Assembly: GCA_964366925.1 (NCBI GenBank)
Contig: CAYIVX010000003.1
Location: 1-35,511, forward strand
Source: Candidatus Woesearchaeota archaeon
GTDB taxonomy: Archaea > Nanobdellota > Nanobdellia > Pacearchaeales > GW2011-AR1
DNA: 35,511 nucleotides
Direction: 5' to 3'
Each line of letters begins with the position of its first letter. Positions within the stretch are counted from its first letter, which is position 1. The translations under genes were made by a program, and so were the position numbers. Shown here piece by piece: positions 31,058 to 35,511 of the stretch. The notes under the pieces are model-generated. The model was not told the DNA's origin, ran no database searches, and was given only the letters and a program-made list of their open reading frames with translations.

Positions 31058-32527
31058 CTAAAAATCTCTTTCTTTATTTCCGTACCAATCATATCTATTT
31101 CCTATTTTATCTAAACCAGCACCAACTAATCCACCTGCAACTGCTCCAAATAATCCCCATAAAAATAATCTATGCCATCGAAACATATCCATATTAAATC
31201 CTTCTTTAATATTAGCTGAATACCAAGATTCTACTGTTTTAATTATTGCTTTTTGAGCTTCTTTTGGATTAATGCTTGTTCCTGTTGCTTTAATTTCAGT
31301 TAGAGAATGAACATAATCATCTAAGGATTTTTTTAAACCAGGTACTTGTGAACTAACTTGATTTATTCCACCCATAATTTCAGATATTCCGCTTTCTAGA
31401 TTTTTTGTTTGAGATTTAATTTCATTAATTCTTTGATATTCACTTGGTCCAGAATCTGAACGAGAATTTGTATCATATTGAACACTTTTAGCTGTTGCTT
31501 TTGCAGACTGCCAAGTTGCATTCATAGTAGGAATATTTTCAACAGCAGAAGTTATTCTATCTTTATTTTGGTTATAAGTTGATCCGTGATTCCAAGTATT
31601 AACTAAATCTGATATTTCTCCTTTGCTTAACTTTGGAACTTTCTCTCCTTTTGTTCTACTTATTACAATTGCATCCTGATTAGGCTGATTAATTTTCTTT
31701 ACTCTAGATAAAACTTGTGGCCAGGCTAAATATTCTTTATTATTTTTTAATTCTCCAAGTAAAGCAGAAGTCTTTTCTCCATTTTCTGGATGATAGTTAT
31801 AAGTATGGGTTGTATGATCGTAAACTGATCTTGTTTTCAAAACTTGCCTCGAGTGACTAACTGTATGTCTATTATCTCCAGATCCGTCTGTAGTGGTATA
31901 ATTTTCCGTATCCCAATAAGTTTCTGTTCTATAATGATCTTGATGCTCTGTCGTCCATGTCGCATCTAATTCTCGATTAAGAGTTTGAATTAATGAAATA
32001 TTTTTAGTATATCCTTCCATTGTTTTTGAAGCATTTTCAGCTAACATTGGCATTTGTTCTAAAAGGTCGGTAATGGTGTAGGTGTGTTGTGAACCATAAT
32101 TAGAATCCTTAACCATTCTTTCCCCGAGTTGTTTAGCAAATTCACGTGAATTATCTTTAGTTTCATTTGCCCAAGAATTATTCCAAGCTTCAAGAGTTTT
32201 CATAGTAACATCATTAACTTTAGCATAATACTGCGTCATGGCTCCAACTTCTTTTCCTTCGGCTTTTGCTTGTTTTTCAAGTTGACTAATCTCAGAAAAT
32301 GCTAATGGAATTTTATGGCTTCTTTGCACTTCGTTACTGTAAGCAAGCATTGTTGCACAAACTGCTCCTGCAGTTCCTATTAAGAAAGCTTCGATTGGAG
32401 TATCTCTTAAAAGGGTTTTAACTTTACGACCACATTTACTTAGAATTGATTCGGGAGAGGGATATCTAATATTTCCACTATCGCTGTATCTTTGTGTAGC
32501 TTTTGTTTCATTATTCATAAAAATCAT
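31058..32527 (-). CDS. hypothetical membrane-anchored protein (489 aa; TM segments near both termini)
   Basis: Hydrophobic segments IEAFLIGTAGAVCATMLAY and LFLWGLFGAVAGGLVGAGL. The Thr/Asn/His/Trp-rich central region is unlike the neighbours. Confidence 0.55.
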   Translation of the reverse strand: MIFMNNETKATQRYSDSGNIRYPSPESILSKCGRKVKTLLRDTPIEAFLIGTAGAVCATMLAYSNEVQRSHKIPLAFSEISQLEKQAKAEGKEVGAMTQYYAKVNDVTMKTLEAWNNSWANETKDNSREFAKQLGERMVKDSNYGSQHTYTITDLLEQMPMLAENASKTMEGYTKNISLIQTLNRELDATWTTEHQDHYRTETYWDTENYTTTDGSGDNRHTVSHSRQVLKTRSVYDHTTHTYNYHPENGEKTSALLGELKNNKEYLAWPQVLSRVKKINQPNQDAIVISRTKGEKVPKLSKGEISDLVNTWNHGSTYNQNKDRITSAVENIPTMNATWQSAKATAKSVQYDTNSRSDSGPSEYQRINEIKSQTKNLESGISEIMGGINQVSSQVPGLKKSLDDYVHSLTEIKATGTSINPKEAQKAIIKTVESWYSANIKEGFNMDMFRWHRLFLWGLFGAVAGGLVGAGLDKIGNRYDWYGNKERDF

Positions 32528-32628
32528 ACAAGTATCTTGTTTTTAAATCTTCCTATTTTGTTACTACCCCCTAGATACACCAAAACGTAAGGTTTAAATA
32601 GTAGTTTTGCTTGTATAAATTACTAAAA

Positions 32629-32646
32629 ACAGGCTCAAAAGCTTGT
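32629..32646 (+). promoter_or_regulatory. leader stem-loop ACAGGCT-caaa-AGCTTGT upstream of ORF 32660
   Basis: 7-bp stem (one G-U) about 30 nt downstream of TTTAAATA (32593-32600), followed by AAACAAAAACAAC-ATG. Confidence 0.4.
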
Positions 32647-32659
32647 AAACAAAAACAAC

Positions 32660-33391
32660 ATGGCACTGGATGATGTAATAAAGGCAAGAAACAATTTTGG
32701 AAATATTTCTAATTTAGCGAATGCTATCCAAGAAAAACCTACTGATCCTAATAATCATATGAATCTCTTAGCACATTATGTAAGTAATTATGGTCTTGCT
32801 GAACCTGATGCTAGAACAATGCTTGATTTTGCCCCTGGAAAAGATTATGCTCGACCTGAAGCTATTCAGTATTATGCTGGTCAAGCTTATGGGGCTGATA
32901 GAAATACTCTTAAAAATGCTGTAAAGGGAAAACTTGAAGAAATCATTAATAATGCGGATGAAAAGAAACTTGTAGATTTCGCTTCGATAATGCCTGATGA
33001 AACTAAAAAATACTTAAACATTGCTAAGGCTGCTAAAGAAGGTAATTTTGGAGCTGTTGCAGAAGCACTAATAAAAAAATATGATAATCCTATATGGCAA
33101 GATTATATTAGGGGATTACATAATGCTCTATCTATCTCGGGCCATGAAGAACATGTTGGAAGACAATTGTCCAATTTAGCTAATAATTATGTAGCTGAAA
33201 AAAGAGTTGAATTTATTAATCAAAAATTATCAGATAAAGTTGAAGAAGAGAAAGACGGAAAGAAAAAGATAAAATATGTTCCCAATATAGGTAAGATAAG
33301 AGATTATGTTAAAAAAACATTCGGAAGTTATAAAGACAGTGATCCAATAAAAGAAGAACTTTATTTTCATTTAGCTGGAACTTTAAAATAA
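32660..33391 (+). CDS. hypothetical protein (243 aa)
   Basis: ATG ORF with its own TATA and leader. No family recognised. Confidence 0.5.
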   Translation: MALDDVIKARNNFGNISNLANAIQEKPTDPNNHMNLLAHYVSNYGLAEPDARTMLDFAPGKDYARPEAIQYYAGQAYGADRNTLKNAVKGKLEEIINNADEKKLVDFASIMPDETKKYLNIAKAAKEGNFGAVAEALIKKYDNPIWQDYIRGLHNALSISGHEEHVGRQLSNLANNYVAEKRVEFINQKLSDKVEEEKDGKKKIKYVPNIGKIRDYVKKTFGSYKDSDPIKEELYFHLAGTLK

Positions 33392-33394
33392 CTA

Positions 33395-33534
33395 ATCAAA
33401 AAGCAACGAAACCCTTCGGGTTGAGTAAATGACCTTTTTGATATTCAGAAAATTAAGAATTCAGGAAATAAAATTTCCTGACTCTCCAACTTTCACAAGT
33501 TGAAGATTTTCTGACTGTTCGTTTTGTAACGAAC
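33395..33534 (+). promoter_or_regulatory. conserved upstream module, copy D; expanded version with nested hairpins
   Basis: Outer stem ATCAAAAAG/CTTTTTGAT (33395-33403 and 33434-33442) around CCC-ttc-GGG. TCAGAAAAT (33445-33453) pairs with ATTTTCTGA (33506-33514) across two inserted hairpins (33461-33481 and 33487-33502). Extra hairpin GTTCGTT/AACGAAC at 33517-33534. Confidence 0.6.
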
Positions 33535-33555
33535 ATAAAACACAAAACAAACAAC

Positions 33556-33738
33556 ATGGTAAAATCAACACAAGAACAATTAGAATCTAGACTAAATAGT
33601 TCTAGAGCTAGATTTATATTTGCTGTAGCTAATGGTGCTCCACAAAATGTTCGTGAAATTGTTTTAAAAGAGTATAGTCAAGCTAGCGATGACTGTTCTC
33701 AAGAAAAATATAAAGGGTTTTATGCCGAGTTAAAATAA
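33556..33738 (+). CDS. hypothetical small protein (60 aa)
   Basis: ATG ORF directly downstream of module copy D. The stop is 1 nt before the next ATG. Confidence 0.4.
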   Translation: MVKSTQEQLESRLNSSRARFIFAVANGAPQNVREIVLKEYSQASDDCSQEKYKGFYAELK

Positions 33739-33739
33739 A

Positions 33740-34180
33740 ATGGCTTCAAAAATATCCGTTCAACTTGCTGAAAAGATGATTAGACTTGAACAGACTAATG
33801 CTATTTCTTTTAGCAATAAAAGAATGTCCTATAGTCAAACTGATTATTTTAAGAGAATGAGTTCGGAAGATAAAGCAAGATTTGAAGGACATTTAAACAG
33901 ACAAGAAAGACTTCCTTTTGCTTTCGGGGTTTCCATTATATTGCCTTTGCTATTGTTTTCCCTTACAAAAATAACTTTTACTGGAAATGCTATAGCTGAA
34001 AATTTAGATTCTGGAACACTTGGTGCTCTAGGCATATTTTTTATTTCAATGTTTTTTGGAGCTTTTGCATTATTTATTTATCATTTTATAGCAAGAAAAA
34101 GATTAGAAAGAAATTTTTTAAAAAGTTCAGGCATAATGGATAATATGATTATTAATAAATCAGTTGTAAGAAGATACTAA
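33740..34180 (+). CDS. hypothetical membrane protein (146 aa, two predicted TM helices)
   Basis: LPFAFGVSIILPLLLFSL and LGALGIFFISMFFGAFALFIYHFIA. Confidence 0.5.
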   Translation: MASKISVQLAEKMIRLEQTNAISFSNKRMSYSQTDYFKRMSSEDKARFEGHLNRQERLPFAFGVSIILPLLLFSLTKITFTGNAIAENLDSGTLGALGIFFISMFFGAFALFIYHFIARKRLERNFLKSSGIMDNMIINKSVVRRY

Positions 34181-34353
34181 AGCTCGGCTTTGCCTCGCTT
34201 ATTTTTAGAAACTGCTTCGCATAAATTCTATTAAAATAAAACTAATAATTCTACAAACCAAAAACTTACCTCATCTCAAAACTTCTGCTTCAGAAAATTG
34301 TTGCATTACTAATAAAAAATTATGCGAAAGCACTATATAAAAAACTAATAAAT

Positions 34354-35169
34354 TTATTCAATAAATTTCTTTATGGTTTCAGCCATTACTCGAATAAATT
34401 CATCTGCACGGGCTTGAAGAATATCTATATTAGCTCCCCGAACATCTGTTGTTTGTCCATGCATTATGGATTTGTAAAGCATAAATGTTTCATTATACCA
34501 CGCCGCATATTTATCATTCAAAAGTTTTTTATTTACGAACTCTTCTCTTAAAATGTTGGTAATTTGTTCAGGGCTTGCTGGCCTTAATTTTGCAGACATT
34601 AAAAGTGCATGGGCAGAATCAACCATTGCCCAATAAACACCCTCTACTGCACCCATTGCTGCCCTTTTACTAGCGGCTAGATGAAGTGGAGCTCGTTGCA
34701 ATGCAGTATAAATCGCTTCAGGGCTAGAAGTTATTTTTCCCTCTTGAAGCAGAATTTTAAGAGGTCTAAAAAATCCACCAAAATCAACAAGGTCTTCACC
34801 ATACCTAATTATATTAAGAACTACGGGGTCGCCTTTAATTAAATCATGCCACCAGGTAGTAAGCTTTACAGTATTGATATGAAGTTCACTTTTATAGGGA
34901 TTTATGGAAATTAATTTTCCTAATTCTTCCCTATACCAGGCGGTAAGCTCTTCATCAAATCTTACAGAAGCATCATCAACAATAAGAATGATATCAATAT
35001 CCGAGCCAGCAGTTTTTGTTTGTTTTGCAGTAGATCCAAATAGAATAACGGACTTAATCATCTTATCAAACTTTTGATAAACTTTATTTGCAAAATCTGC
35101 AGCAATATCTCTCTCACTAATTAAATTAAGAGTAGGATAATCTTTTATATTAAGTTTTTTACTAACCAT
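34354..35169 (-). CDS. nucleotidyltransferase-domain protein with a fused C-terminal helical (HEPN/KNTase_C-like) domain (271 aa)
   Basis: ILFGSTAKQTKTAGSDIDIILIVDD is the NT motif. SSPEAIYTALQRAPLHL...VYWAMVDSAHALLMSAKL parallels ORF 20720-22585. Confidence 0.75.
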   Translation of the reverse strand: MVSKKLNIKDYPTLNLISERDIAADFANKVYQKFDKMIKSVILFGSTAKQTKTAGSDIDIILIVDDASVRFDEELTAWYREELGKLISINPYKSELHINTVKLTTWWHDLIKGDPVVLNIIRYGEDLVDFGGFFRPLKILLQEGKITSSPEAIYTALQRAPLHLAASKRAAMGAVEGVYWAMVDSAHALLMSAKLRPASPEQITNILREEFVNKKLLNDKYAAWYNETFMLYKSIMHGQTTDVRGANIDILQARADEFIRVMAETIKKFIE

Positions 35170-35209
35170 GTTGTTTTTGCTCTTGTTATTTTAGAAGCAA
35201 AAATAACAG

Positions 35210-35280
35210 TCAGAAATTTTCAATTTCTGAATTTCAAAAAGCTTGTAAGCCTAAAGCGAAGCTTTTATCTGCTTTTTGAA
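35210..35280 (-). promoter_or_regulatory. conserved two-hairpin upstream module, copy E (minus strand, upstream of NT gene 34354-35169)
   Basis: Read on the minus strand: TTCAAAAAGC ... AAAGC-ttc-GCTTT ... GCTTTTTGAA, then TCAGAAATT-gaa-AATTTCTGA, then an A/C-rich leader to the ATG at 35169. Confidence 0.6.
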
Positions 35281-35440
35281 TATTGTTTGCCTCTTTTTAT
35301 CTATTTAGGAATAGTTTTTCTAGGTTTTAAAGCTTTCCAAATATAGGGCAGATAAAACACAGCTTTTTTAAACAGCATTCACCTCTATAAAATATATTAA
35401 AAAGAGATAAAACAAACAAGGTAAAAAACTCACTAAGCCT

Positions 35441-35461
35441 CCAGAGAATAAAATTCTCTGG
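35441..35461 (+). promoter_or_regulatory. leader palindrome CCAGAGAAT-aaa-ATTCTCTGG upstream of the last (partial) ORF
   Basis: Same architecture as the TCAGAAAAT palindromes, followed by CTCTTCAAAACAAG...ATG at 35488. Confidence 0.4.
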
Positions 35462-35487
35462 CTCTTCAAAACAAGTATACGTCCAAA

Positions 35488-35511
35488 ATGGATATTTTGG
35501 AACGCCCCGAA
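35488..35511 (+). CDS. 5' end of an unidentified ORF running off the window (MDILERPE...)
   Basis: An ATG preceded by the palindrome plus an A/C-rich leader, as at other gene starts here. Only 8 codons are visible. Confidence 0.3.

Noticed and set aside
1-35511. Scan for CRISPR arrays, rRNA genes, transposase or integrase genes
   Set aside because: No regularly spaced 25-40-nt direct repeats were seen, nor rRNA-like conserved segments, DDE-transposase motifs or tyrosine-recombinase motifs (R..HxxR..Y) in any ORF I read by eye. Absence by eye is not proof; an HMM search is needed.

Overview
AT-rich archaeal chromosomal window. The domain call rests on gene content (thermosome, TFS, ribosomal proteins L35Ae and L10e, LAGLIDADG intein, TrmB regulator) and TTTAAATA-type TATA boxes about 25-30 nt upstream of genes. 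The compact genes and many tiny lineage-specific ORFs suggest a DPANN-like small-genome archaeon; that lineage guess is inference only.

Housekeeping content: hisS next to tRNA-His(GUG), a thermosome operon, a Dus-family tRNA-dihydrouridine synthase, tRNA-Val(UAC), tRNA-Gly(GCC), tfs, rpl35ae, rpl10e, and a ppsA gene interrupted in frame by a 399-aa LAGLIDADG intein.

Accessory content: three bicistronic nucleotidyltransferase/HEPN pairs (two of them a tandem MNT-HepT array directly after ppsA), two fused NT plus helical-domain proteins, a DUF4258/DUF2283 pair, a Fic protein, a free-standing LAGLIDADG endonuclease, and about 20 small ORFs with no recognisable family.

Most interesting observations:
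1. A second tRNA-Gly(GCC) exists as two halves 3.2 kb apart (14283-14319 and 17539-17573). Joined at position 37/38 they give a complete cloverleaf, and they can form bulge-helix-bulge geometry in trans. An intact tRNA-Gly(GCC) and about 3 kb of unknown genes lie between them.
2. A two-hairpin upstream module of about 70-130 nt recurs at least 5 times, in front of tfs, rpl35ae, rpl10e, a 60-aa ORF and an NT gene. Its stems co-vary between copies.
3. The MNT-HepT cassette array has junctions that each repeat the last ~48 nt of ppsA, and each cassette carries phased TATCA-N6-TGATA operators.

No CRISPR array, rRNA gene or recognisable integrase/transposase was seen.
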